Below, piece after piece: positions 48,917 through 61,700 of a stretch of DNA of 64,000 nt. Each line of letters begins with the position of its first letter. Positions within the stretch are counted from its first letter, which is position 1. The notes under the pieces were generated by a model. It saw only the letters and a program-made list of their open reading frames with translations. It did no database searches and was not told the origin of the DNA. Made by a program: the position numbers and the translations under genes. The stretch covers positions 46,316,001 through 46,380,000 of the forward strand of contig NC_086108.1 of assembly GCF_963921235.1 (NCBI RefSeq), written 5' to 3'. The DNA comes from Mobula hypostoma. Its lineage: Eukaryota.

Positions 48917-50209
48917 ACAACACACGTCAAAGTTACTGGCCAGGCAGCATCTCTAGGAAGAGGTACAGTCGACGTTTCAGGCTGAGACCCTTCGTCAGGA
49001 CTAACTGAAGGAAGAGTTAGTAAGAGATTTGAAAGTAGGAGGGGGAGGGAGAGATCCAAAATGATAGGAGAAGACAAGAGGGGGAGAGATGGAGCCAAGA
49101 GCTGGACAGGTGATTGGCAAGAGAGGATCATGGGACAGGACGCCCAGGGAGAAAGACGGGGGGGGGTGACCCAGAGGATGGGCAAGGGGTATAGTCAGAG
49201 GGACAGATGGAGAAAAAGGAGAGTGAGAGAAAGAATGTGTGTATAAAAATAAATAACGGATGGGGTATGAGGAGGAGGTGGGGCATCAGCGGAAGTTAGA
49301 GAAGTCAATGTTCATGCCATCAGGTTGGAGGCTACCCAGACGGAATATAAGGTGTTGTTCCTCCAACCTGAGTGTGGCTTCATCTTTACAGTAGAGGAGG
49401 CCGTGGATAGACATGTCAGAATGGGAATGGGACGTGGAATTAAAATGTGTGGCCACTGGGAGATCCTGCTTTCTCTGGCGGACAGAGCATAGGTGTTCAG
49501 TAAAGCGGTCTCCCAGTCTGCGTCGGGTCTCACCAATATATAGAAGGCCACATCGGGAGCACCGGAAGCAGTATATCACCCCAGCCGACTCACAGGTGAA
49601 GTGTCACCTCACCTGGAAGGACTGTCTAGGGCCCTGAATGGTGGTAAGGGAGGAAGTGTAAGGGCATGTGTAGCACTTGTTCTGCTTACAAGGATAAGTG
49701 CCAGGAGGGAAATCAGTGGGGAGGGATAGGGGGGACAAATGGACAAGGGAGTCGTGTAGGGAGCGATCCCTGCGGAAAGCAGGGGGGTGGGGAGGGAAAA
49801 ATATGCTTAGTGGTGGGATCCCGTTGGAGGTGGCGGAAGTTTCAGCAAAGTGGTCCCCCAGTCTGCGTTGGGTCCGTTACCCATCTTTTGGGTTTTTCCC
49901 CCCCTCCCCCTTTTCCTTCTCCCTGGGCCTCCTGTCCCATGATCCTCTCATATCCCTTTTGCCAATCACCTGTCCAGCTCTTGGTTCCATCCCTCCCCCT
50001 CCTGTCTTCTCCTATCATTTTGGATCTCGCCCTCCCCCTCCCACTTTCAAATCTCTTACTGGCTCTTCCTTCAGTTAGTCCTGACGAAGGGTCTCGGCCT
50101 GAAACGTCAACTGTACCTCTTCCTAGAGATGCTGCCTGGCCTGCTGCGTTCACCAGCAACTTTGATGTGTGTTGCTTGAATTTCCAGCATCCACAGAATT
50201 CCTGTTGTT
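48917..50209. mobile_element. Penelope-like element with inverted (tail-out) structure
   Basis: Minus arm with GIY-YIG ORF 49286-49579 (IYCFRCSRCGLLYIGET); plus arm about 49875-50205; hammerheads at 48967-49002 (-) and 50077-50112 (+); imperfect TSD AATGAATGCAATA / AATGAATGTCATA. Confidence 0.9.
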
Positions 50210-50770
50210 AATGAATGTCATAAGATATATTTGAAACAGGCGGCACCAGTGGCACCTGATACACCTTCAGATCTGGGGATGCAATGAGCATAAGAAATAG
50301 GAAGGAGTTGAGGATTGCTCCGTGTTGAAGCAGTGGAGAGGCAAACCATTTCTTATGACCAAATATATATGGAGTGAAAAAGCACCTTCTAAGCATGGCT
50401 GGATAATATGGAGAAGGTGGTGGCAGATGATACCACCAACAGTGTTAAAGGCTACAGACAGAATGCGAAAGAAAAGAAAGATTAGTGCATTATGGTCACT
50501 TAGTAATTTTGCTGAGGCTGAACATGGAGTACAAGAGCTTGGTCAGCCCTAACACCCGGACGCAACACCACAGCTAATATTTTTGGAAAACAAATTCCAC
50601 TGTCTAATTTAAATAGGTGAAAAGTCGCAGGGTTGTGCAAGCCTGGGATGAAAGATACAGGAGCTGACAGGAATACTGACTTATTGGCAGGCGACAGATA
50701 AAATCATTGATGTCTGTCCATTAACACTTGGCATTGAAAAGGCGGTTCCGTCTATTTTATTCTAATCAGT

Positions 50771-50826
50771 TAATGTCACAGGGAAATTTTCCGGAAATGG
50801 CCAGGAAACTGTGACTGAGGATATAA
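50771..50826 (+). promoter_or_regulatory. Selectin core promoter: ATF/CRE-like, NF-kB-like, ETS x2, AP-1-like, TATA
   Basis: TAATGTCA 50771-50778 (TGACATTA on minus); GGGAAATTTTCC 50781-50792; CCGGAAAT 50791-50798; CAGGAAAC 50802-50809; TGACTGA 50812-50818; TATAA 50822-50826; strong donor CAG/GTAAGG about 120 bp downstream. Confidence 0.65.
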
Positions 50827-50849
50827 GGCCCTCTGCTACAATGAAAGTG

Positions 50850-50943
50850 CAGTGTTCTTTTCCAGAGCAATTGAAAAGACACAGCTGAGTTCTTTCTTCA
50901 AGTGAACACCAGAGTCAATTGCAGTCATTTGGATTGGGATCAG
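50850..50943 (+). other. Putative non-coding exon 1 of selectin gene
   Basis: Lies between the TATA box and donor CAG/GTAAGG at 50943/50944; start inferred about 25-30 nt after TATA. Confidence 0.55.
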
Positions 50944-52674
50944 GTAAGGTAAGGTATCATCTTAAAAGTAACTGTGTCTTCTGCACAAAAAAATAATATG
51001 TTATAACATTTTATTTGGAAGAGAATAGTGATACTAACACTGCAATACTCTAATTTCTGAAATATGATAATTCTTTATTTTAATTCATATTTCAGAGACA
51101 GTTGCACAGTCTGTCCTCATTGGACATTGATTGAACCAGAGAAAAAGACTGCTTATATTTAGTGAAAGCAAAATTGTTTCCTCAGAAGGAAAGCACATAA
51201 AAAGACCAGTTAAATTAAATTTATGTGTAAACAATTGCCATTTAGGTCTTGCTACCTTTGTGAAGATGGTAAGAGAGGGTACTAATACTGTACCACATTG
51301 TCTTACATATACTTCTCTAAACTAGCTGACTCCCAATCTGTAACAATCAGCACTTAAAGAAATGCCTTTATCGAGCCTCTTTGGCACAATCTCAGAGTAC
51401 TTTACAACCAATGAGGCACCGTGTGGTTGTTAGTGTAATGTAGGAAGCATAGTTGTTAAATTAAACTCGGCAAGTTCCCCAGTTCAATAAGGATCATGTG
51501 ATTAGATTTTAGATTGGTGATTGAGGAGTATTCATTGAGCAGGAACCTTGGGACAATTTATACACACATCAGATTGCAGGAAAGGGCTCAGACCATTCTT
51601 GCTATCTGAAGTGTGTATAAATTATCCCAGGCGTAGTATTCTTTCACTGCCCCAAAGTGTCAGCCAACATGAATGGGTTTAACACTCCAAAGTGGGACTT
51701 CAACATGAAACCTATTCATGTTAAGAAGAATGATTGAGCCACAGGTGGGAAAAGTGAACCCTGTGCAACCAAAAGCAAAATTATAATTAATTCTGATACT
51801 GTCAATTTATTTCAGCTACAGTTCAATCTAAAAAAGTCTTCTTTGAAATTAGCTTTGATAAAGTTTTTCTCCATAAAATAATAAGTAGCCTCTAACTTAA
51901 TAATCGTTTGGAATTTATTTTTATGGGTTGCAACTTGTTTAGTACATTGATGAACAATGAGGCAAAATTTCAGGTTTAGAATAAAATTAATAGTGTAGCA
52001 ATCCAGAAAATATACTGTATAAATCTCAGGAGGACCTCAGGCTCTCAGGACAAAAGTACCATCTTTAGAACAGATTAGTACCTCCTTAGAACATAGCCTC
52101 GGGTAATGCTGGCAGATATAGATCTTGGTAGAAGCAGGGAAACAGAAGACTTTGTAAGTTTCACTTACCCAGTAGTTAGGTAAGAGCTGAATTTTAGCAT
52201 TAGTATTTAGTTAAGGGGGGATTAGTTTCCTTCTATGATTAAAAAAGTTATGAAGTTTAAAACTTGCTTCACGTTGCCTATATCTCTTGAAGAGCAGAGC
52301 AAGCATGCTTTTGTTTGATAGTAGTTTTTCTTAGGAAAATAACAAAAAAGGCCCTTCAGGATTAAGGCTGTTCCATCCCAAGGCATGATGTTACTGTGAG
52401 TAGAAGAAATGAGTCTTAGCACTGTATGTCATGTTGAGAATCATGATTTTGAAATCACAACATTGACATGTTTTCATAGAATAGAAGGAACTGATAGAAT
52501 TTGAAATGTGAACATCGTATGCCATAATTTTATTTTTAACATACATGAAGAATGAGCCTCATAAACAGCATGTAATCACTTTCTTAGCATGAGTGGTAAA
52601 TATTCAAGATTGCTTTGGTTATTCTATTCGATAATGATTATAAATAACATCTTATTATCTATAGATACAACAGA

Positions 52675-52756
52675 ATGGCAAAAATGGTAAACCAACAAAC
52701 CCCACAAATTCTGAGAGCGGGATGTCGAATGCAGTTTGTCGCTATAATTATTCTTG
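52675..52756 (+). CDS. Selectin signal-peptide exon
   Basis: [27 protein letters not shown]; acceptor TATAG at 52664, phase-1 donor G/GTAAG; joins in frame to [13 protein letters not shown]. Confidence 0.75.
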
Positions 52757-55700
52757 GTAAGAAAGGAGTGATATAAAATATAAGAGCAATTACAGTATAC
52801 TGCTTTTTAATACAAAGATGGCATCTATTGTGCTTACATTCTTTTTGTGCAAGTCAAGCCATTACTGATGTGATATTAGCAAGCTATAGTCACAAATGGC
52901 AAACAAGGGAAGTGCCTGGGGTGGGTGTATCAGCCAGTCAGATGAAGGGCTTTCACTTCTATATTGAGGTTAAACATTCTCCCAAATTCTTCTGTTTGAT
53001 GGCTATTCAGGCCCCAATGAATAAACTTTTCTAATCTCACTTTAATTCCTTATGCATCCAATTCAAAATTAATTTTGCTTTTTTTTTTGCTATTACATTT
53101 ATTTTGGAATCTCACTCCAAACTGCCGTAGAAAGCCTTATGTAGGAAAAGGGAAGCATGTCACACAGGTATGGAAGGATTCATTGCTGCAATTGGAACAG
53201 AATAGAAATAGCTTTTCCTAACTTCTGGCAGATTCCAGATGGTTTGGAGCAGCCATTGGGTGCTAGGAATAGAATAATTCAATTTTCCAAACGATAGCAA
53301 TGACCTAAAATAAAAATACAACATGTTCTAAGTACTCAGCAAATCAGACAGCATATGTAACAGGGGAAACAACTTATGCTTCAGATCAATCAGTGACCTT
53401 CAACTTGAAATGTTAGTCTCTGTCTCTTCCTGTTGACACATACTGACCTGTTGATTATTTCCAATATTTTCTGTTTTTATTTACTTTAAGTATCCAACAT
53501 CTACAATTTATTTGATGGTGTTAATAAATTTAACTAGTACAAAATGAAGGACAAAACAAGAAAATAACTTGAGCTAAACAGTGGGAATGATTCTTTAAAA
53601 TTATCCCTTTCTTTACAGAACTATTGCTTCTGGGTGAAATCCATGGCTGGAAGTACAATTACACTATTGAAGATATGTCTTGGAAAAATGCAAGATCCTT
53701 TTGTCAAAGCAAATATACTGATATGGTTGCAATCCAGAATGCAGAAGAAATAGAGTATTTGAATAATAACATACCAAAATCAAACAGTTACTACTGGATT
53801 GGACTGAGGAAAATTAATGATGTTTGGACCTGGGTTGGCACTGAGAAGCCACTCAGTAAAGAAGCAGAGAACTGGGCTACTGGTGAGCCCAATAATAGTG
53901 GAAAAACTGGGAATGAAGATTGTGTAGAAATGTACATTCAGAGAGACATTGACTCAGGGAAGTGGAATGATATTGACTGCAGAAGAAAGAAAAAACCTTT
54001 GTGTTACACAGGTAAAAATATAAAGTAGTCTATATCATCATCACAATCAACTTTAAATTCTGAAATTATATTAAAACTTTGCTAAGATAGTTATTGGTAG
54101 ACTTTTCTAATCCAATACGAGTTCTTCAATTATGTCCTTTTAAACAAAAAAAAACAAGAATTTAAGAATGACAAAATGGAAGAGTAGCAATTATAATAAC
54201 CAAATTTGGAATTTGAACATAGAAAGTTCCCTTGTTCCTTAAACAATAAACATGATGAAATGAACCTGCATGAGTATATAATTTTCCTCATTACACTAGA
54301 TCACTATCTTGTTTGATAATAATTTAAACATCTTCTGGGTTGTTAATAATGATTAATTTGTGTTATTTGTTTAAGCCTCATGCAGTAAGACGTCATGCAG
54401 CAGCAATGGAGAGTGTGTAGAGACCATTGGAAGTTACCGTTGTGTCTGCAATGATGGATTCTACGGACCAGAGTGTGAACATGGTAAGTGCCTTTACAGA
54501 CAGTATGATTTGACTTGTATAAAACACAATGATTTATTACGGTTCAAGGGTTTCAAAAGTACAGTTAATGTCAGAGAAATGTATACAATATACGTCTTGA
54601 AATTCTTTTTCTTCGCAACCATCCACGAAAACAGAGGAGTGCCCCAAAGAATGATTGACAGTTAAATGTTAGAACCCCAAAGATATAAGCAAAGGAGTCA
54701 CTGTTAGGTGCCATTATCCTCCTAAGCTCCACCCATCTGTGAGGTACATGGTTTGCTCAAAATCATAGTTTTCAATCAAAGGAGCTGTTAGACTTATTTG
54801 GCTGTACATTTTACATCTTGCACATGTTACTGGTGATACTGTTACTGCCTATAATTACCTAGCTATTGCCATACCTCTGTCACTTCCTATGTAACTGCAA
54901 TGTTAGCATTCATTTCGAGACCACTAGAATATAAAAACAAGGATGTAATGCTGAGGCTTTATAAGGCACTCACGAGTCTGCTGAGCAGTTTTGGTTCCAT
55001 TATCTAAGAAAGGATGTGTTGACATTGGAGAGGGTTCAGAGGAGGTTCACGAGAATGATTCCAGAAATAAAAGGATTAATGTATAAAGAGCATTTGATGG
55101 TTCTGGACCTTTACTTGCTGGAGTATAGAAGAAGGGGCGGGGGGGCGCAGATCTCATTGAACTTATTGGATGTTGAAAGGCCTCGACAGAGTGGATATGG
55201 AGAGGATGGTTCCTACGGTGGGTGAGCCTAGGACCAGAGGGCACAGCCTCAGAATAGAGGGACGCCCATCTAGAATGGAGATGTGGAGGAATTTCTTTAG
55301 CCAGAGAGCAGTGAATCTGCGGAATTCGTTGCCACAGGCAGCTATGGAGGCCAGGTCACTGGGTGTATTTAAAGTGGAAATTGATAGGTTCTTGATTAGT
55401 CAGGGCGTGAAAGGTTACAGAGATGAGGCAGGAGAATGGGGTTGAGAGGGAAATGGATGAAATGGCAGAGCAGACTTGATGGAATGAACGGCTTAATTCT
55501 GCACCTACGTCTTAAGGTCTTATAGTCCAACTGGTGTTTCTTCATTTGTTATCACAAAATCCAAAAGGGCACATTCATGGATTTGCCCATCATTTTTCAG
55601 CAGAGAGAAGGCAATCTGATTCAACTTATTCCCCTCAATATCACTCATGTGAACATGGGCCCAATGTTTGAGTATTTACTGCTGCCTTAGCTTTAGTCAA

Positions 55701-58700
55701 CTAATACCACACGTCAGAAGGAAGCTCTGCCTTCAGTAAATGAGAAAATACAAGTGGAAGTTATTCAGTATTTAATAAGTAATGAATCTATAAAGACTAC
55801 ACGCTGAGGAGAAGCATCGGTGGAAGGTGGTGGGGGGGGCGCGGGTGAATTATCAACATTTTGGTCAAGATCTTGCATTAATTAGAAAATTACTGACGTT
55901 TGGTCAAAAGAAATCCTAAATGCTCATTCAAAGTATTGCCTTGAAATTGTGAAACGGACAGCTCTGGTGCATTTTGATTTAATTTTATAACTAACCCGTT
56001 TTCTGAGTTAGCAATTTGGAGAGAATCAGAACAAATCACTCACTGCAAAGAAGATTAATGAATCAGTGAAAAAAAAATTCTGATTACTTACATCATCATA
56101 TTTATTTAAAATCTTACCTTAAGATTTGAAACCCACAGGTCTGAGGTGTTATGGTTTGAAAACAAAAGGTTCCCTCTTGTTTCTTGCAGTTGTGAATTGT
56201 GCAAACCTGGAGGAGCAAGAACAAGTGACTATGACCTGCTCGGATCCACTTGCCCCATTCGGTTACAACTCAACGTGTAACTTCAGCTGTGCTGAGGGGT
56301 TTCAGCTCCGGGGGTCAGAAACACTGGAGTGTGGAGCATCTGGGGAGTGGTCAGCGCCAACCCCTCACTGTGAAGGTAACTGAACATTTATGACAATGAT
56401 GAAGAATAAAAATCTCTTAAGATTTACATCACTATGTTTATTTAGCAACTTACCATGGAAGTGTGAAATAGATAAGTCTGATGTAATTTCAATTGATTTT
56501 AAAACAAACAAATTCTCCATTTCTTCTTGCAGCAGTACAATGTACAAAACTCGAGGAACAAGAACAGTTGATTGTGACCTACTCGGATCCGTTTGCACCC
56601 TTCATTTACAACTCAACGTGTGACTTCAGCTGTGCTGAGGGGTTTGAGCTCCAGGGGTCAGAAACACTGGAGTGTGGAGCATCTGGGGAGTGGTCAGCGC
56701 CAACCCCTCACTGTGAAGGTAACTGAAGACTAGTGCACTAGTGAAGAACATCTCTGAACATTTGCCTCAATATGTTATTTCAAAATCTTGTCTTGAAATT
56801 GTGAACTAGATAAGACTGGCATAGTCTTAAGTCTTGATAATTCTCCTTTGTTTCTTGCAGCTGTACAATGTGCAAACCTGGAAGGGCAAGAACAGCTGAA
56901 TATGACCTGCTCGGGTCCATTTGCCCCATTCGGTTACAACTCAACGTGTAACTTCAGCTGTGCTGAGGGGTTTGAGCTCCGGGGGTCAGAAACACTGGAG
57001 TGTGGAGCACCTGGGGAGTGGTCAGCGCCAACCCCTCACTGTGAAGGTAACTGAAGATTAATGAACTATTGAAAAAAAGTTCTGATTATTAACCTCAATA
57101 TGTTCTTTCAAAATCTTGACTTGAAATTAGGAAGTAGTTAAGATTAGTGTATTTTGAATTGGTTTTAAAACAATAAGTTCTCTGTTGCCTTTTGCAGCTG
57201 TACAATGCGTAAACCTGGAGGGGCAAGAACAGCTGAATATGACCTGCTCGGGTCCATTTGCCCCATTCGGTTACAACTCAACGTGCGACTTCAGCTGTGC
57301 TGAGGGGTTTCAGCTCCGGGGGTCAGAAACACTGGAGTGTGGAGCATCTGGGGAGTGGTCAGCGCCAACCCCTCACTGTGAAGGTACAGACAAATTGTAC
57401 TAGATGACTAATTAGCTCTTAAAGGAGAAAAAGCCAAAGCCATAGATCTCCAAAGTTAATTGCATAGTCATAGATTTGCCATTAGTTTAATATTTTACAA
57501 ATCTATAATCTGTAATCTATGGAAGCTTGTAGCCAACAGGGTAGATAATTGAGAATCAGTGAATGTGATGTATTTTCAGAAAGCTTTCCATAAGAACTTC
57601 CACAGGAGATCATTGAACATATTTAGAGCACATGGGTAGTGTGGATTGTCAATTGCTAAAAAGATAGATGACAAAGACTAACCATAAATTCTTCCTTCTT
57701 AGTTTGGCATGTTCTAAGAAGTAAGACATTGTGAGGATCAGTGCTAGAACCCTAACTATTCATAGTCTACATTGGCCAGGGGACCAAGTATGCTAATGCC
57801 ACAGTGGGAATGTGAGTAATGAAAAGGATGCAAAGAAGTGACAAGGGAATATGGGCAACCACAAGGCAGATGTGGAAACTGTGAGGTTACACACTTTAGC
57901 AGAGTAAATTAAAATACTAAGAAGTTATTTTTAAACTGGTGATATATTGCAAACTGCTGTTCACAAGGACCAGGGTGTCATTGTACATATTGTAAGCACA
58001 GAAAGCTAACAGGTGCAACAGGCCGTTAGGAAGTGAAGTGATAAATCAATCTCTACTTTATGTAAGGTTTGAGTACAAGAGTAAAGAAGTCTTAGCACAA
58101 TTATATTGTGTGTTGATGAGAATGGACTTGTAGAATTCATGTAGAATTTACATTCCCATCCCAGAGACTGACTGATTAAAAAATAAACTCCCTATTAATA
58201 TCACTGCAGATTTGTTATTGGTAATACAAGTCCTTTTTCAGACCAATATGTTTATTTCCTCTTTAGAAAATGTACTATTTTGAGCATGTCTAATATCTTG
58301 GGTGTGGTAGTAATGAACTGGGCTCTGGAGCATGGTGTATCATCGTGTTTGTTCAACTAACCACATCTGAATTGTTTATCTTATTTACTTCAAGGTGATT
58401 CATGTATGGGCCCAATTAAAGCACCAGTTAAGGTGCCTTTATCGATGTGAGAGCTAAAGGCTAAAGCGCCCGCAACCATGTTCTGACATTTATCCATCTA
58501 TTTTCCTCCCATGATTCTTCTCAGCCCGATATACCATTCTCCCAATTTGATTCACTTTACTCATGATAAACAAATCCCCGGGAATTTAAAAGAAAATAGC
58601 CAAAGTTTGTGATACGGTCAACTTAAGTGCCGTCTAAATGAAACCCCTTGTTACTAGGCTTCTCTGGAAACCCAGCTCATTAGCCCCTCACTGGATTCTG

Positions 58701-61700
58701 TGGCCATAAAACCACGTCTGTCAGGTTTCGTACGTCTTTGGTCCCGCCAAATCCATGGTGTTGGGATGCCTCGCCCACGCGAACCCTGGACTGTGTGAAT
58801 GCTGTGTGATTTACTGTCCCTGGCAAGAAGTAACACATCATACACTCCATGCAATTATAAACAAGTATATTTAAGAATGCTAATTTAAGCAAGCCATTAT
58901 TAAATGAAAGAAAGAGAAAAAGCAGGAAGAGTCCATTACTCTTAAAAAGTCAAATGTACACTTATGTTGGAGGTCATCTTGAAGTTGTCTATCACTCTTG
59001 TGCTGGACCCTTAGTCCGTGTGAAAGCTCACACCACCTTCCGAATGTCACTCGAAATCCATCTCAAACAGACGAGTCTCCCACGGGAGTATTGGTCCTTT
59101 CTCCTTGAAGCCATTCATCTGCTCAAAAGCACCTTGTGCAGCAAGGATGCCATCCTCAGCCATCTTCCCTCCTTTCTTCTCCCAGCTCCCACCAATGAAG
59201 ATCTGCACCCCAGCATTCTCCAGACCTTCTCCCAATTCCACTATCCCAATTGGCTGACAGCACACTCCTAAGTTGAACAACAAAGGTTCTTATCGCAACT
59301 CAAACCCAAACAAGCTGAAGGCAGTGCAGACTGCTCTTACAGAACTGCTAAAATGAGCTACCTACAGCACAGCAGTTACATTCTTATCCAGGGTGTTACA
59401 TAAATTAGAAAGGGGTGATAGGAAAATAGGCAAATAGTGGAGATGGCTCAAACATCACCAGAGAAACAGGCTACTGTTGGTTTGACAAAGGCTCATCTTT
59501 TGTCAGATGCATTCATGAAAGGGGTTAAAATAAACCTAAATCACAAATGTAATTTTGCAGTCAATGATTCTGATGTTATTTGTACTCAGTTCTTGATCTT
59601 TCATTCCAGCTGTGAAATGTGACGTACTGGAGATTCCTGAAAATGGGAACATGAGTTGCTCCCACCCAAAAGGAAACTTAAGTTACCTCTCAGTTTGCGA
59701 GTTTGGTTGCATGAAGGGCTTCTCATTGAACGGATCAGTGACTCTGCAGTGTGATAGCTTTGGACAGTGGTCAGCACCAATTCCAGTCTGTGAAGGTAGG
59801 TTGAAACAGCACATTTCATTTTAAAAACAGGTTGATTACATAACAAACTTAGGAAGAATTACATGGAATATGTTGGAAACAACTTTTAAAATTGAATAGC
59901 GAAGTTTGTTGAAATATCCAATAATAGCTTCAATGTTGATTTTCTGACTGTTCTCAGATTCCAATCCACAACCATTCCCTGAAAACTACACACCGATATT
60001 AGTAGCATCTGCCATGGCATCTGGCTTCTCTGCTTTGACAATGATCATCTGGCTAATGAGACAACTCAGGAAGAAGGGTAAATAATGTCTCATATTTTTA
60101 AATTATATTTTTATGGCTTTCTAGACTCTCTATTGATTACCATTCAAAGCTATTTCTACTTGAATGATAAGCATTTAACGAGTTTCTCCCTCCTGTAACT
60201 TCATGGCATGCTCTTTCAAGTTGCTTGGTGTGCTAATTCAGTTCTTAGGCACATATTGTTCTCCAATCACTGAAAGCATTTCCAGGCCAGACTTTCATCT
60301 CCACCATGTCTAAAATATCAATTGCCAGTCCAAAAACTAGTGTTTTTCCTGGTTAATTATTGGTAAGATCCAAATGATTGTGCTTAGTATAAATTCTGTT
60401 TCTTAAGCACCATACTTTGACTTCACTATGTGCTTCAGACAACACATTCAAACCATGACTGGGATAACTGACTCGCTGCTGAAAGTCTTTTCTGTGCTCT
60501 GTTGCTTGTAGATGTGGTGTCTCCACTCACTCCATGCCAGGCTCATTCTACTCCATACAAATCATCCCAAACTCATTTACACAAGAAATTCTGCAGATGC
60601 TGAAAATCCAGAGAAACACACACAAAATGCCCGAGGAACTTGGTAGATCAAGCAGCATCTGAGGACAGGAATAAACAGTTTCAGGGTGAGACCTTTTGTA
60701 GTGTGAAGGGTCTACAAAGAAATTCCTCTCAATAGATGCTGCCTGAACTGCTAAGTTCCTCCAGCATTTTGGGTGAGTTACTCCAAAACTCACATGTTTG
60801 TTCTAACTAGCGCAAATTCCCATTTACTAATTGCTCTTGTTGTTACCTAAGTAAATTGTCTCCAAGTTATAACTCAAAATTCAGCACTAAAGTAATCATC
60901 CTTGTTTTCAGTTTCTTCCATGATCTTGTCCCCAACTCACCTCCTCACATCTTATAATTCTCCAAGATGTTTTCAAATTCTACTCTGTTGATTATCTCCC
61001 AGTCACCAGCAGCCATTGCTTCAACTGCCAATACCCTGAAGCTCCAGAAATTCCCTGTAAAATGTTTGTTCCATTCTATATGATATTCCTTAAAATCAAA
61101 GTTTGAACAGAAAATGCTGGAAATACATTGTCATTACCACACTGTCTGTGAAGACTGCAGGAATTTCTGACATACTAAAACCCATTTGACAACTAGGATT
61201 TCTAAATGGGCATCTTTATGTCCCACTATTGTTTTGGTCTCATCCTTTATTACCTGGTGTTCCTGGGAGCATCTCGAGTCATTTCATTATGTCTTATTAT
61301 GTGAAAATCGCCATGTTAGTAGACAGCCTTGCTGCTTGTGAAAGAGCCCTGATATTTGGACTGGTATAAGTAAACATAACAATTATGACTGGGTATGGGA
61401 ATCATGACAAAATATATTAAATAAATGTAATGCAGCAGGAAATGCAGAGATTGAAATTGTACTCTGTAACATTAGTGGCTGAACTACTTGAAGGAAATTA
61501 TTTTGCTCATTTTATGAACAAGCTGTTAAAAGTACCCTGTTACTCTAATGTCATTTAGAGAAATTTACTCCAAACATGATGATGATTCTAGTATTCATTT
61601 ACTATTCCGACTAACTGCCTACATTTGAGGTTAATTTGAGAAACATCGTACGTGCGTACAAACATCTCTTATTCAGGTTGTTGAGCTGATAAATAATGAG

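Noticed and set aside
56190..57383. CRISPR-like or satellite array
   Set aside because: Repeats are 186-nt coding exons with GT-AG boundaries in a eukaryotic gene.
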